The notes beneath the pieces were generated by a model. That model saw only the letters and a list, made by a program, of their open reading frames with translations, did no database searches and was not told the origin of the DNA. The position numbers and the translations under genes were made by a program. Shown in pieces: positions 9,642 through 22,621 of a stretch of 64,000 bases of DNA. The stretch is from assembly GCA_007376135.1 (NCBI GenBank), contig VMFR01000001.1, forward strand, positions 379,016-443,015. Direction: 5' to 3'. Source of the DNA: Parcubacteria group bacterium Gr01-1014_31 (GTDB lineage: Bacteria; Patescibacteriota; Patescibacteriia; Buchananbacterales; GWA2-38-13). Numbering within the stretch: position 1 is the first letter of the stretch; every line of letters begins with the position of its first letter.

Positions 9642-10955
9642 TCCGAATATTCCCGCGACGGCCAGCGCGAACAGCTGCGGCTGCACCGGCTGGCGGTAGC
9701 GCGCGTGCGACAACGGACTGGAAAGCAACGCGGTCAGCACAATGGCTGCCGCGAACAGGAAAGCAAATGTCCTGGCCGGCGGAGACAGACGACGGGCCGC
9801 AAAGGTTCCCGCCAGGGCCAGCAGCGTGATGACCGCGCCGAATACCATGCCGGCCAGATGCGCCAGGGAAGGCGCGTCGGTTCTGGTCAACGCCCCGACC
9901 ACGGTCCCCCACTGCCGACGCGTCAATGCCGTGGTAATATCGACCGGCCGTTCCCCGCTGGGTAATCCGACCGATTCGGCCACGTCCCGCCACCCCGACT
10001 GCAAAAAGAACGGGGTGGTTTTTATGATATACAGCGGCACATACGACCGCCACTCGGAAAGCAGGATCTCGCGCGCCCGGCGCCCGGCAAACGCATCCCG
10101 CACGCGTTCGTCGTTCGGCAGCGCTTCCCACTCGCGGATCAGTTCCCCGCGCACCTGCCCCGGCGTTTTTCCTTCGCGCAAGGCCTGGGCCTGGTTGGCG
10201 TGGAAAAAGAGCAGCAAAAAATTGCTCTGCATCGTCAATTTCCATAACCCGAACTGGCGTCCGTTGCGGACGATCCACGGGGACAGCAACCCGCCAATCA
10301 CGACCACCATGACCAGCGTGCCTACCAGCGCGCGCCGCAGATCAACCTTACCGTGCCCAAACAACCACCAGACCATCAGCAACCCCGCCAGATAGATGCC
10401 CGAAAAACGCACGTAGGTAGCCGCGGCAAGTGTTACCCCGCACCCCGCGAGCCACGGCCAGCCCCGAGTCCACGCGCGCACGTAACAGTAGAACGCCAGC
10501 ATCAAAAGGGTAACGAACAGCGTATCGCTCATCAAAAGATTTGCCTGCAGCACCGTAAACGGTTCCAGGCCATAGAGCAAAGATGACCAGAATGCGACGC
10601 GGCGTCCGAACACCGCATCCATCACAAGGAACGCGAGCGCAATGGTCGCCAGGGAAAGCAGCTGCTGGACCAGGGCGGTGAACCAAGGCGCCGCATTGGC
10701 CGCCATCGTTGCCGCCAGAAACAGCGGGTAACCGGGCAGGTGCAGCATCGTGGGCGTCGGCGGATCCCCGGGGTACTCGGAAAATACGCCGTACTGTCGC
10801 AGATTTTGCGCTGCGGTCAGATACAGCGGCGAGTCATTGGAGCGCAAAAAAACCGCGTCTCCCTGCGTGACGGCGGAAACGAACAGGGCGGCGCGCAGCG
10901 CGACGCCAAAGATCAGCACGATGAGCAGCGGGCGGGAAACGGCGGGCCACACCAT
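9573..10955 (-). CDS. GT-C fold glycosyltransferase, ArnT/PMT-like (GT39/GT83 family)
   Basis: 460 aa polytopic membrane protein: PGYPLFLAATMA...LVMDAVFGRRVAFWSSLLYGLEPFTV...LMSDTLFVTLLMLAFY, typical of 4-amino-arabinose/mannosyl transferase superfamily N-termini. Converges with and overlaps the phosphoglycosyltransferase gene by 69 nt. Confidence 0.7.
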   Translation of the reverse strand: MVWPAVSRPLLIVLIFGVALRAALFVSAVTQGDAVFLRSNDSPLYLTAAQNLRQYGVFSEYPGDPPTPTMLHLPGYPLFLAATMAANAAPWFTALVQQLLSLATIALAFLVMDAVFGRRVAFWSSLLYGLEPFTVLQANLLMSDTLFVTLLMLAFYCYVRAWTRGWPWLAGCGVTLAAATYVRFSGIYLAGLLMVWWLFGHGKVDLRRALVGTLVMVVVIGGLLSPWIVRNGRQFGLWKLTMQSNFLLLFFHANQAQALREGKTPGQVRGELIREWEALPNDERVRDAFAGRRAREILLSEWRSYVPLYIIKTTPFFLQSGWRDVAESVGLPSGERPVDITTALTRRQWGTVVGALTRTDAPSLAHLAGMVFGAVITLLALAGTFAARRLSPPARTFAFLFAAAIVLTALLSSPLSHARYRQPVQPQLFALAVAGIFGLAAAVGKHRADRAQHNAQVQSE

Positions 10956-10958
10956 AGA

Positions 10959-14318
<3,360 letters not shown>

Positions 14319-14319
14319 A

Positions 14320-15279
14320 TCAGACGCTGTGGCGCGGGCCGTTGAGCACCTCGCGCACGACGTACTTGGGCCGCCGCTTAACCTCTTCGAAAATGCGCCC
14401 CAGATACTCGCCAATGAATGACAGCGACAGGAGCTGCACGGTGCCGAAGAACAACACGAGCAGAATGATGGTACGGATGCCCCGCTGGCCGGCCGGCAGG
14501 TACCCAAAGATATAGCCGCCGAGGTAAAACAGGATCGCCAGCGACGTCACGGCGACTAAAATGCCGGAGAGCGTCGTGATCCATTCCAGCGGCGCATAGG
14601 AGAACGAGAACAGTCCTTTGCGCGCGGTGCGCAGGTACCCCAACATTGTGAACTTGGTCGTGCCGGCGGTCCGCTCGCCGCGATGGTACGGAATGCCCGT
14701 GTGCTTGAACCCCACCCAGGCGCGTAACCCCCGCACGAAGCGGTTGCGCTCGGGCATGGCGTTGATGACGTCCACCACCTTGCGGTCCATCAGGGAAAAT
14801 TCCGAAACGTCCAGCGGAATATCCAGGTACGACGTTGATTTCATCAAACGGTAGAACAGTTTGTACCCGGCACGCCGCAGCACGCTCCCCTGGCGGCGTT
14901 TCCGAATGCCGTAGACGATGTCGTAACCTTCCTGCCACTTGCGGACGAACTCGGGGATCATTTCCGGCGGGTCCTGCAGGTCGGCGTCGATCCACACCAC
15001 CGCGTCCCCCGTCGCATACTCGGTGCCCGCCGAATAGGTGTGGTCCGGGGAACCGAAATTCCGCGACAGCAGCACGACCACGACGTTCGGGTCGGCTTTG
15101 GCCAGCTCGCGGTAGACGGTTTCCGAACCGTCGGTGGAACCGTTGTCGGCAAAGACGATCTCGTAGCGGGTGCTGACCTGAGCGAGCACTTCGCGCAGCC
15201 GCTGGTAGGTGCGCCGCAAATTCTCCTGCTCGTTGTAGCAGGGCACGACGACGGATATCTTTTTGTCGGTCAGCGGCAT
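14320..15279 (-). CDS. GT2 polyprenyl-phosphate sugar synthase (GtrB/ArnC/DPM1-like, C-terminal TM helices), paralog 1
   Basis: [14 protein letters not shown]...[11 protein letters not shown]...[36 protein letters not shown] plus two C-terminal hydrophobic helices. Confidence 0.8.
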   Translation of the reverse strand: MPLTDKKISVVVPCYNEQENLRRTYQRLREVLAQVSTRYEIVFADNGSTDGSETVYRELAKADPNVVVVLLSRNFGSPDHTYSAGTEYATGDAVVWIDADLQDPPEMIPEFVRKWQEGYDIVYGIRKRRQGSVLRRAGYKLFYRLMKSTSYLDIPLDVSEFSLMDRKVVDVINAMPERNRFVRGLRAWVGFKHTGIPYHRGERTAGTTKFTMLGYLRTARKGLFSFSYAPLEWITTLSGILVAVTSLAILFYLGGYIFGYLPAGQRGIRTIILLVLFFGTVQLLSLSFIGEYLGRIFEEVKRRPKYVVREVLNGPRHSV

Positions 15280-15282
15280 AGA

Positions 15283-16587
15283 TTATGGGTAACGGGAAAA
15301 GAATTCCTTGAACACGGAGATCTCATAATCCATTTCCTCGTCGCCCAGGCCATGGAAACAGCCAACCCAGAAGGAGTTGCGCATGATGGCGTCGGTGTTG
15401 TCCAGACTTTCCGCGATGCGGTGCGGCACGCCGTAGGTTTGCAGGTAGGGCTGCTTGGCAAGGTTGCCCGCGAGGATGAGGCGCGTCACCACCTTGCGCG
15501 ATTCCAAGTAGTTGACCAATTCTTCGCGCGTGAAGGGTGAGCCCGGCTTGACCGTCAGATAAAAACCAAACCAGCTGGGAACCGTATTGGCGGGCGCTTC
15601 GGGCAGCTGCAGAAATTTCGTGAACGGTAGCAATCCCGCGTGCAAACGCCCGGCGTTGCGGCGCCGTTGCGCGGTGAACTCGGGCAATTTCTTGAACTGG
15701 GTGATGCCGGCGGCGATCTGGATGTCGGTAATTTTCAAGTTATACCCGATCTCGGTGAAGATGTACTTGTGGTCGTAGCCGGCCGGCATCTGCCCGAACT
15801 GGAAGGCAAAGCGCCTGCGGCACACATTGTCCTCGCCGGTGCGGCACCAGCAGTCGCGGCCCCAATCGCGGAAACGGCGCACCAGCTGCGCGAGTTCCTT
15901 GGTCTTGGCGACCACCGCTCCCCCCTCGCCCATGGTCATGTGGTGGCCGGCGTAGAAACTGAACGTCGCCAGGTCGCCGAAACTGCCGACCGGCTTGCCC
16001 GCGACCGTGCTGCCAATGGCGTCGCAACAGTCCTCTACCAGCCACAGCTTGTGCTGGTCGCAGAACGCGCGCACGGCGGGCGCATCGAACGGCACGCCCA
16101 AACTGTGCGGCATGAAGACCGCCTTTGTTTTGGGTGAATAGGCCTGGCGCAGTCGCTCCACGGTCGTGTTCATCGTCGCCAATTCTACGTCCACGAATAC
16201 CGGTATGGCGCCGTACAGGATAAGCGGATTGATGGTCGTCGGAAATCCGGCGGCAATGGTGATGACCTCGTCGCCGGGTTTCAGCCGCCGTTCGCCCAGC
16301 TTTTCCGACGTCAGCGCAGCTGTGGCTAAAAGGTTGGCGGAACTTCCCGACGTGGTCGTGATGCAGCTGGCAGCGCTAAAGTGCACGGCAAACATTTTTT
16401 CAAACACGGTGGCGTTCTTGCCTTCGGTCCACCAGCCTTCCAGCACCGCCTCAACCATGGCCGCCATATCGTCGGCGTCAATGCGCTTGCCCGACGCGGA
16501 AACCGGCGTCTCACCGGGGATGAATTTCTTGGCGCCGTAATTTTTACGGTAGTGTTCGTCGATGTACTGGCGCAACTGGTCGTCCAT
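15283..16587 (-). CDS. rfbH: CDP-6-deoxy-D-xylo-4-hexulose-3-dehydrase (E1; RfbH/DdhC/AscC, PMP-dependent DegT-family)
   Basis: TTTSGSSANLLATAALTSEKLGERRLKPGDEVITIAAGFPTTINP...IPVFVDV; active-site His pair FSFYAGHHMTMGEGG (His in the Lys position); Cys-rich FRDWGRDCWCRTGEDNVCRRRF; GYDHKYIFTEIGYNLKITDIQAA. About 434 aa like E1, longer than ColD. Confidence 0.85.
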   Translation of the reverse strand: MDDQLRQYIDEHYRKNYGAKKFIPGETPVSASGKRIDADDMAAMVEAVLEGWWTEGKNATVFEKMFAVHFSAASCITTTSGSSANLLATAALTSEKLGERRLKPGDEVITIAAGFPTTINPLILYGAIPVFVDVELATMNTTVERLRQAYSPKTKAVFMPHSLGVPFDAPAVRAFCDQHKLWLVEDCCDAIGSTVAGKPVGSFGDLATFSFYAGHHMTMGEGGAVVAKTKELAQLVRRFRDWGRDCWCRTGEDNVCRRRFAFQFGQMPAGYDHKYIFTEIGYNLKITDIQIAAGITQFKKLPEFTAQRRRNAGRLHAGLLPFTKFLQLPEAPANTVPSWFGFYLTVKPGSPFTREELVNYLESRKVVTRLILAGNLAKQPYLQTYGVPHRIAESLDNTDAIMRNSFWVGCFHGLGDEEMDYEISVFKEFFSRYP

Positions 16588-16590
16588 ACG

Positions 16591-16619
16591 TTGACAAAAA
16601 CTGAAAAAAATGATACTGT
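16591..16619 (+). promoter_or_regulatory. Possible sigma70-type promoter (TTGACA-N17-TACTGT with an upstream TG) in the divergent rfbH / HAD intergenic region
   Basis: AT-rich 120-bp intergenic region; consensus -35 hexamer ttgaca at 16591-16596. A strong RBS AAGGAGG sits 6 nt before the TTG start of the HAD gene. Confidence 0.3.
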
Positions 16620-16709
16620 CCTGCCTTACGTTCTTTTGCCGCGCGTCGTTGATTTAGTGTAAACTACGCGCAATTTTTTGACAACCAACCCCCAACAAGG
16701 AGGTTCCGC

Positions 16710-17453
16710 TTGGGAAAAACAAAGATTCGCGCAGTCTTTTCCGACCTGGGCAATGTGGTGCTGCGATTCTGCCCTCGCAACGAACGCCTGTGGCAATTAG
16801 CGCAGCTCGCCAACCCCGGCCGGTTCGGCCAGCCGGGGACCCTCTCCCTCTGTTCCCTGGAGCGGGCTGCCTTCAACGCGTCGCTTCAACAGTCGGAAAT
16901 CCTGGACTTCTCCCGTCCGGGCGAGGACGCAGCCTGGCGGATGGACGTCGGCCAGGTCTCGCACGGAGAATTCTACCGCGCGTTCCTCGCGGCCGTGGGC
17001 TGCAGCGAAGGCGACTTTCCGCCGGCACGCTTCTGGATGGCCTATTCGGCCGACCTGGTGGCCGTCCACCCGGTCGCCAACCTGCTGCGGCAGCTCCAAC
17101 ACCGCGGGACGAAGATCATCGCGGCCACCAACACTGAGATGTGGCCGACCGACCTGGTGTGGCGCCAGACCGGACTGCGCTTCGATGGCGAAGTCTACTC
17201 CTGGCGCGTCGGGCACAAGAAGCCCCGCCGCGAGTTTTACGAAGCGTGCCGGGCAACGGCGCGCGAGGCACTCTCCGAGCCGACGCTGGATTATCCGGCC
17301 TGCGTGCTCATCGACGATATCGCCGCCAACTGCGACAGCATCCGGCGCCTCGGCGGCCACGCCATCCGGTTCAAGGCCAGCGCCTGCCCACTAACGCTGG
17401 CCTGGCAGCTGCAAAAGCTGCGGCAGCAACTCTCCGAACTCAAGCTGCTATGA
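16710..17453 (+). CDS. HAD-superfamily sugar-phosphate phosphatase (YihX-like, DLGNV variant motif I)
   Basis: VFSDLGNVVLRF resembles YihX IFDLGNVIVDI; C-terminal motif IV LIDDIAANCDSIRRLG. TTG start preceded by AAGGAGG. Confidence 0.55.
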   Translation: MGKTKIRAVFSDLGNVVLRFCPRNERLWQLAQLANPGRFGQPGTLSLCSLERAAFNASLQQSEILDFSRPGEDAAWRMDVGQVSHGEFYRAFLAAVGCSEGDFPPARFWMAYSADLVAVHPVANLLRQLQHRGTKIIAATNTEMWPTDLVWRQTGLRFDGEVYSWRVGHKKPRREFYEACRATAREALSEPTLDYPACVLIDDIAANCDSIRRLGGHAIRFKASACPLTLAWQLQKLRQQLSELKLL

Positions 17454-17506
17454 GCAGCCGGCGTTTCACCGATGTGAACACCAACCCCAAAGAAGGAGGA
17501 TGAACC

Positions 17507-18058
17507 TTGAACGCGAACGACAAAACAGAGCTCCTGCGACTGTTCGGCATCCTGGTGGACGAACGGCGGCAGGGCATCCCGATGGACGGCCAAGTCTGGG
17601 AGGCAAGCCTCCAGATCTTCCCGCAGGTGGCCATCGAAACGGTCTTCCTGCGCCGCGTCGACGATGGCACTGCCGGCGGCACCATCGAGGTACTGCTCAC
17701 CAAACGGCCGCCCGACGACCGGTGGTTCGCCAACCAGGTGCATTCGCCCGGCAGCATCAACCGCGCCCGCGAGCGTACCGACGTCACCATCGCGCGGGTG
17801 GTCAAACGGGAGCTGGGCGGTTCCGCCAAGCTGATCTCAGCGCGGCAGGTAGCAGCGCTGAACTTTTGGGACGAGCCGCGCGGCTGTGGCTGGAGCGTGG
17901 TGTACTGCTGCGAGGTGGAAGGCGACCCGACCAACGGGACGTGGTACCCCATCACGCAGCTGCCGGAAAACCTCATCTACGGCCACTTCAACGTCATCAT
18001 GGTGGCCGCCTCCGTGCTCCTTGCCGAACCCCGCCCGTTCGGAAAGTGGTCGTGGTGA
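17507..18058 (+). CDS. Nudix hydrolase, GDP-mannose mannosyl hydrolase (Gmm/NudD)-like, paralog A
   Basis: VAIETVFLRRV...EVLLTKRPPDDRWFANQVHSPGS...ARVVKRELGG follows the Gmm pattern (PLVSLDFIV...LLGKR...GYWFVPGG...ELG). Confidence 0.55.
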   Translation: MNANDKTELLRLFGILVDERRQGIPMDGQVWEASLQIFPQVAIETVFLRRVDDGTAGGTIEVLLTKRPPDDRWFANQVHSPGSINRARERTDVTIARVVKRELGGSAKLISARQVAALNFWDEPRGCGWSVVYCCEVEGDPTNGTWYPITQLPENLIYGHFNVIMVAASVLLAEPRPFGKWSW

Positions 18059-18166
18059 ACGGCCGCTGAACAACCACTGCTCTTCCCTCTCCCCCGCATT
18101 CCGGCGACAGGCCCAGATCCCTTGGCCTGTCTTTTTTTACCCCTGCGGCTCGTGTACAATGCCAGC

Positions 18167-18655
18167 ATGCAACCGAATGACGAGCAGGTCCTGTTGCGAC
18201 TGCTAAAAAAACTTGCTGTCGCACAGCGGCAACGGCGGCCAATGCCGCCGGCAGTATTTGACGCGCTCCTCAAAGTCGTTCCGTTGGTCACCGTGGAAAC
18301 CGTCATTACTCGCACCGTGAAAGGAAAAACGCAGGTGCTGCTGACCCGCCGCTCAAAAAATGAAACCCGCTACCCGGGCATCTGGCACGTGCCCGGTTCG
18401 TTCCTGCGGAACCTCGAGCAGACCAAGGACGTACTTTCTCGCATCGCAAAAAAAGAACTTGGAGTACCCAAGTTCACCGAAGCAAAATTCGTCACCTGGC
18501 TGAACGTCTACGACTGTCCTGTCGGACATTTCGTGTCCATCTTCTACCGTTGCGAGCTGGGAAAAGCTACCACGCGGGGCCGGTGGTTCTCGCCAACGAA
18601 ACTGCCGGCCGGTGTCCTTGCTTACCACCGCGACATCGTCGCGGCCGTTGCCTAG
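18167..18655 (+). CDS. Nudix hydrolase, Gmm-like, tandem paralog B
   Basis: Collinear with paralog A (LLRLLKKLAV...VPLVTVETVITRTV...QVLLTRRSKNETRYPGIWHVPGSFL...RIAKKELG). ATG 18167 is preferred over ORF-track 18122. Confidence 0.5.
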   Translation: MQPNDEQVLLRLLKKLAVAQRQRRPMPPAVFDALLKVVPLVTVETVITRTVKGKTQVLLTRRSKNETRYPGIWHVPGSFLRNLEQTKDVLSRIAKKELGVPKFTEAKFVTWLNVYDCPVGHFVSIFYRCELGKATTRGRWFSPTKLPAGVLAYHRDIVAAVA

Positions 18656-19626
18656 GGTTCCAGCCGCCGCCCAATGGTCGCCGCAGGAAGTTGGCGGTCG
18701 TCGTTCAGGATCTCCCGCACAATGAACCGCGGACGGGCTTTCACTTCCACGAACATCCGCCGCAGGTACTCGCCGATGATGGCAATGCCCAGCAGCTGCA
18801 CGCCGCCCAAAAACAGCATTAAAAGCACGATGGTGGGCACGCCGCGCGGCGCGTCGGGATTGATGAAGTAGGCGACCAGGTACGCGATGATGAGCAAGGC
18901 GGAACCCGCCACCACTGTCAGCGCGATCTTGGACAGCCACTCCAAGGGCTTGAAAGAAAAATTGATGATGAGGGTGAGCGCCCAGTAGAGGTCTTTGAGC
19001 CAGTTGGTATCCGATACACCGGCCTCGCGATTTTTGCGCTCGTACGGCACGCCGGCCTGGCGGAATCCCACGTACGCGCGCATGCCGCGGATATACAGGT
19101 CGCGTTCGGTGACGTACGCGACCGCATCAATTGCCTTGCGGTCCAACAGCGAGAAATCACCGGCATCCAGCGGAATGGTGATGTAGGCCAATCGTTTGAA
19201 CAGCCGATAGAACGCCTTGTAGGACAGCCGGCGCAGCCATGTGCCCTGGCGGCGCACCCGCACGCCGTAGACGACCTCAAAACCCTGGCGCCATTTTTCC
19301 ACCAGCTGCGGGATGAGCTCGGGCGGGTCCTGTAGGTCGGCGTCTAAGAGCACCGCACAGTCGCCGTTGCAGTATTGCAGCCCGGCCAAGTACGACGGTT
19401 GCGGCGAACCGCCATTGCGTGCCATTAGGATGACGCGCACACGCGAGTCGGCCGCGATCAGCTCGCGGTAGATTGTCTCCGAGGTATCGGTGGACGCGTT
19501 GTCCACGTAGATGAGTTCGTACGGCATCCCCAATTGCCGCAACACCGCGCTGACGCGTTCATAGTTGCGCTTGAGGTTTGGCGCTTCGTTGTAGCAGGGA
19601 ATGATGGCCGAGATCTTTTTCTCCAT
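18652..19626 (-). CDS. GT2 polyprenyl-phosphate sugar synthase (GtrB/ArnC-like), paralog 2
   Basis: ISAIIPCYNEAPNL...YVDNASTDTSE...[36 protein letters not shown] plus C-terminal TM helices. Confidence 0.8.
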   Translation of the reverse strand: MEKKISAIIPCYNEAPNLKRNYERVSAVLRQLGMPYELIYVDNASTDTSETIYRELIAADSRVRVILMARNGGSPQPSYLAGLQYCNGDCAVLLDADLQDPPELIPQLVEKWRQGFEVVYGVRVRRQGTWLRRLSYKAFYRLFKRLAYITIPLDAGDFSLLDRKAIDAVAYVTERDLYIRGMRAYVGFRQAGVPYERKNREAGVSDTNWLKDLYWALTLIINFSFKPLEWLSKIALTVVAGSALLIIAYLVAYFINPDAPRGVPTIVLLMLFLGGVQLLGIAIIGEYLRRMFVEVKARPRFIVREILNDDRQLPAATIGRRLEP

Positions 19627-19632
19627 ACACCG

Positions 19633-20388
19633 TTATTTAGGAGGCTGGCGCAGCCCACCCAGCCGGGCCAGCCGGGGGCAACGCATCACCGTATAGGAAC
19701 GGTCGCTGTCCTGGCCGGGAGTTTGTCGTTCCTCCACCCAGCGCAGCGTGCCGTCCGGCAGCGTCTTTTTATATAAAGGAATAACTCCGGTCGGCGTGAA
19801 TCCTGTGCGCTCGTACAAACGGATGGCGCGCGGATTGTCGGTCATCACCTTCAAACGCAACTCATGCAAATCCAGTGCGGTGAACGCCCAATCCATCAGT
19901 GTTTGCACCGCTGGGGTCATCGCGCCCGGCAGGAGGTCGGCGCGGCCGCGCAGGATGCTGTCGATCTCGCAGTGCCGTTCGGCAAAGTTGCAGCGGAACA
20001 ACCCCAAATGTCCGACGTACTCCCCCGCCGGAGTCTGCAGCCACGCCAGCAGCCGGTCGGGAGCCTGCAACACCGCGTTGCGCAGCCAACGCGTCGTGCC
20101 TTCTACCGTAATTTCAAAACGTTCCGGATACCAACGCTGATTTTCCTGGCGCCAGCGCGCCAGGTATTCCACGTGCGCCGGGTCATCCAGCGACGCGGCA
20201 GTGACCGGCGAAATTTCGGCAACTCGAACGCCTGACATGACGACCGGCAACGGAGCACCCCCGAACGCCGCCAAATCACCGCGCTTCAAGGCGGAGAACA
20301 CCCCCGTGACGTACTGTTCGTACGTCGCTGCCATAGCGATTGCGTTACCCGCCCGCACGGCTGCCGTGCCGGGCCAGGTAATCATCAT
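19633..20388 (-). CDS. GNAT-family N-acetyltransferase with N-terminal extension (WecD/RffC-like architecture)
   Basis: C-terminal GNAT core LHELRLKVMTDNPRAIRLYERTGF. Start may be the internal Met at 20334 (MAATYEQY), which removes the 44-nt overlap with rfbG. Confidence 0.6.
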   Translation of the reverse strand: MMITWPGTAAVRAGNAIAMAATYEQYVTGVFSALKRGDLAAFGGAPLPVVMSGVRVAEISPVTAASLDDPAHVEYLARWRQENQRWYPERFEITVEGTTRWLRNAVLQAPDRLLAWLQTPAGEYVGHLGLFRCNFAERHCEIDSILRGRADLLPGAMTPAVQTLMDWAFTALDLHELRLKVMTDNPRAIRLYERTGFTPTGVIPLYKKTLPDGTLRWVEERQTPGQDSDRSYTVMRCPRLARLGGLRQPPK

Positions 20389-21373
20389 ACCACGCGATCG
20401 TCCGCTTGAGGCCCTCCTCCAGCGTGATTCCCGGCGTCCAACCCAATACCTGGCGCGCCTTCTCCGAAGACAGGTACTGCGCGGGAATTTCGTTGGTCGC
20501 CGTATTGAGGATGCGCGGCGGCAGGGGTTTCCCCATCAATTCGGTTATCTTTGCCACCAGCTGCAGCACGGTCTGCGGCTCGCCGCTGGCGAAGTTGAAT
20601 GCCTGTCCTTCCAGGCGCTTTTCGCGCAAATGTTGGGCCAGCGTCAGATAGGCGTTCGCCACGTCTTCAATGTAGAAATAATCGCGGACCAATTGGCCGT
20701 TGCTCCTGACGATCGGGTGCTCATCATGCCACAGCGACTGGATGGTGCCCGGCACGATGCGGTTGAAGTTCAGGTCGCCGCCGCCGAAAAAGTTGCCGCA
20801 GCGGACGATGCCGACCGGCAACCGATAGGTATGCCAATAGCTCTGCGTGATAAGGTCGACGCAGCTTTTGCTCACGTCGTAGGGATAGCGGCCGACCAGC
20901 GGCGTGTCCTCGGTGTAGGGAAGCTGGTCCTGGTTGCCGTAGGCCTTGTCGGACGACGCGACCAGCACCCGCTGCACGTGCGGGTTGCGCCGCGCGGATT
21001 CCAGCAGGTTCCAGGTGCCGCGGATGTTAGATTCCAGCGTGGAGAGCGGATTACGGTTGGCAATGCCGACGATCGCCTGCGCGCCAAGATGGAACACCGT
21101 ATCGATCTCGTGTTCGTTGAGCACGCGTTCCAGCAGGTCGCGGTCCAAAAGGTCGCCAAAGACCTGCGCCACGTGCGGCAGATACCCGCAGGTGTACAGG
21201 TGCGAACGCGGAGGAATATCGCGCACCAGCACCGTGACATTGGCGCCGCAGTCCACCAGCTGCTTGATCAGCCAGGGTCCCAGCAGCCCGGTCGGACCGG
21301 TAACAAAAACGCGGCGGTCATACCAAAAACCGCGCGCTGCTGCTGGATTGCTGTCCGTCAATGGAGTGCTCAT
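20345..21373 (-). CDS. rfbG: CDP-glucose 4,6-dehydratase
   Basis: RRVFVTGPTGLLGPWL...VFHLGAQAIVG...SSDKAYGN...YPYDVSKSCVDL...VRCGNFFGGGD, collinear with RfbG/DdhB. Confidence 0.85.
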   Translation of the reverse strand: MSTPLTDSNPAAARGFWYDRRVFVTGPTGLLGPWLIKQLVDCGANVTVLVRDIPPRSHLYTCGYLPHVAQVFGDLLDRDLLERVLNEHEIDTVFHLGAQAIVGIANRNPLSTLESNIRGTWNLLESARRNPHVQRVLVASSDKAYGNQDQLPYTEDTPLVGRYPYDVSKSCVDLITQSYWHTYRLPVGIVRCGNFFGGGDLNFNRIVPGTIQSLWHDEHPIVRSNGQLVRDYFYIEDVANAYLTLAQHLREKRLEGQAFNFASGEPQTVLQLVAKITELMGKPLPPRILNTATNEIPAQYLSSEKARQVLGWTPGITLEEGLKRTIAWYDDYLARHGSRAGG

Positions 21374-21450
21374 GCGATGAAAAAATCCCTTGAAAGCCGG
21401 GGTTTACCGTACAAAATTTTCCGTCAGATGTCAACTCTCCGGCCGGCCAG

Positions 21451-22617
21451 CTACCCCGCGCCGAACGCCCGCTGCAGGCGCGAAATTCCCTCCCGGCAAT
21501 TGGCCAGACTGGTTGCGAAACACAACCGCACGTACCCTTCGCCGGCCGGACCGAAGGCGGTACCCGGCAGCAGGGCGACATTGGCGCGCTGCAACGCCGC
21601 TGCAGTGAACTCCGCCGAGGTCATACCTGTGCCAGTAATGTTGGGAAACGCGTAGAGCGCCCCCGCCGGCTTCACGCAAGTAACGCCGGGCAATATACCC
21701 AGCCCCGCCGCGATAACATCCCGCCGCTGACGGTATTCGGCGACTTGACCGGCCACCCATTTACTCCCCTGCTGGAGGGCAACCGCGCCGGCTTCCTGAA
21801 TGAACGGTGGCACGGTGGAAATGAGCATTTGCAGCAGCTGCCCGACTTTTTGCATCAGCGGTGATGGGCCGATCCCCCACCCCAGACGCCAGCCGGTCAT
21901 CGCGTAGGTCTTGGAAAAACTGCGGATGATGATGGAGGACAACTGGCAGCGGTCGATGGCCGCGGGGCTGGAAAATGGCGTATCGTAACACAGTTGCGCG
22001 TAGGTCTCATCGGACAATAAATAAATGCCGCGCTGCGTGCACAGCTCCGAAAGTGCGCGGATCTCGTTGGCAGACATCACCGCGCCGGTGGGGTTACCGG
22101 GGGAGTTGATGATTACCAGGCGCGTTTTGCCGGTGCAGACGGCCGCTACGTCGCGCGGGTCCAAGCGAAAACCATTTTCCTCGCGCGCGGCAACGGGCAC
22201 CGGACGCACCGACTGAAACTCGCACACCGAGGCGTACGTGGGGTACGCCGGCTCCGGAATAATGACCTCGTCGCCGGGGTTGGCAACGCACCGGATGACC
22301 GTGTACAAAAAAGAAACCGCCGGAGCGATGACGATCTGCTCCCGCGCAGGATGAAAACCAAGTTCGCTTTTGGTCGCCGCGGCGATCGCCTGGGGCAGAT
22401 TGCCGCTGCCCGTGTAGTGCGTCTCGCCCCGCCGCAGCGCGTCAACCGCGGCGTCTACGATGAGCGGCGGCGTCACCGCGTCGGGCTCGCCCAATTCAAA
22501 ATGGATAATGGAACGCCCGGCCGCTTCCAGCTTCTTCACCTGGTCATGGAACGCGAACGTCGCGCGGGACCTCAGACTGCCGGCAGCAGCCGAAAGCGGC
22601 GGCATAGGAATCAACAC
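21451..22617 (-). CDS. Class I/II pyridoxal-phosphate aminotransferase (AspC-like)
   Basis: IIHFELGEPDAVTPP...NSPGNPTGAV...RSFSKTYAMTGWRLGWGIG; the SFSK PLP-lysine motif is present. Confidence 0.75.
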   Translation of the reverse strand: MLIPMPPLSAAAGSLRSRATFAFHDQVKKLEAAGRSIIHFELGEPDAVTPPLIVDAAVDALRRGETHYTGSGNLPQAIAAATKSELGFHPAREQIVIAPAVSFLYTVIRCVANPGDEVIIPEPAYPTYASVCEFQSVRPVPVAAREENGFRLDPRDVAAVCTGKTRLVIINSPGNPTGAVMSANEIRALSELCTQRGIYLLSDETYAQLCYDTPFSSPAAIDRCQLSSIIIRSFSKTYAMTGWRLGWGIGPSPLMQKVGQLLQMLISTVPPFIQEAGAVALQQGSKWVAGQVAEYRQRRDVIAAGLGILPGVTCVKPAGALYAFPNITGTGMTSAEFTAAALQRANVALLPGTAFGPAGEGYVRLCFATSLANCREGISRLQRAFGAG

Positions 22618-22621
22618 GGTA

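Noticed and set aside
14319-14507. N-terminal extensions in ORF-track calls (gmd to 14507, sugar dehydrogenase to 37133, rarA to 55020, amidase from 55730, acetaldehyde dehydrogenase from 57076, phosphoglycosyltransferase from 8121, UXS to 2824)
   Set aside because: The extensions are Cys/Ser/Arg-rich and non-homologous, overlap upstream genes or promoters, and internal ATG/GTG starts align with family N-termini and with RBS or promoter positions.
15283-16587. Alternative call as GDP-4-keto-6-deoxymannose 3-dehydratase (ColD, colitose pathway), because gmd and fcl are adjacent
   Set aside because: Length (434 aa against roughly 390 aa for ColD), end-to-end collinearity with RfbH/E1 as recalled, the Cys-rich segment absent from ColD, and the presence of rfbF/rfbG in the same locus favour a CDP-pathway E1. 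A ColD-like mechanism is kept as a hypothesis in the findings.
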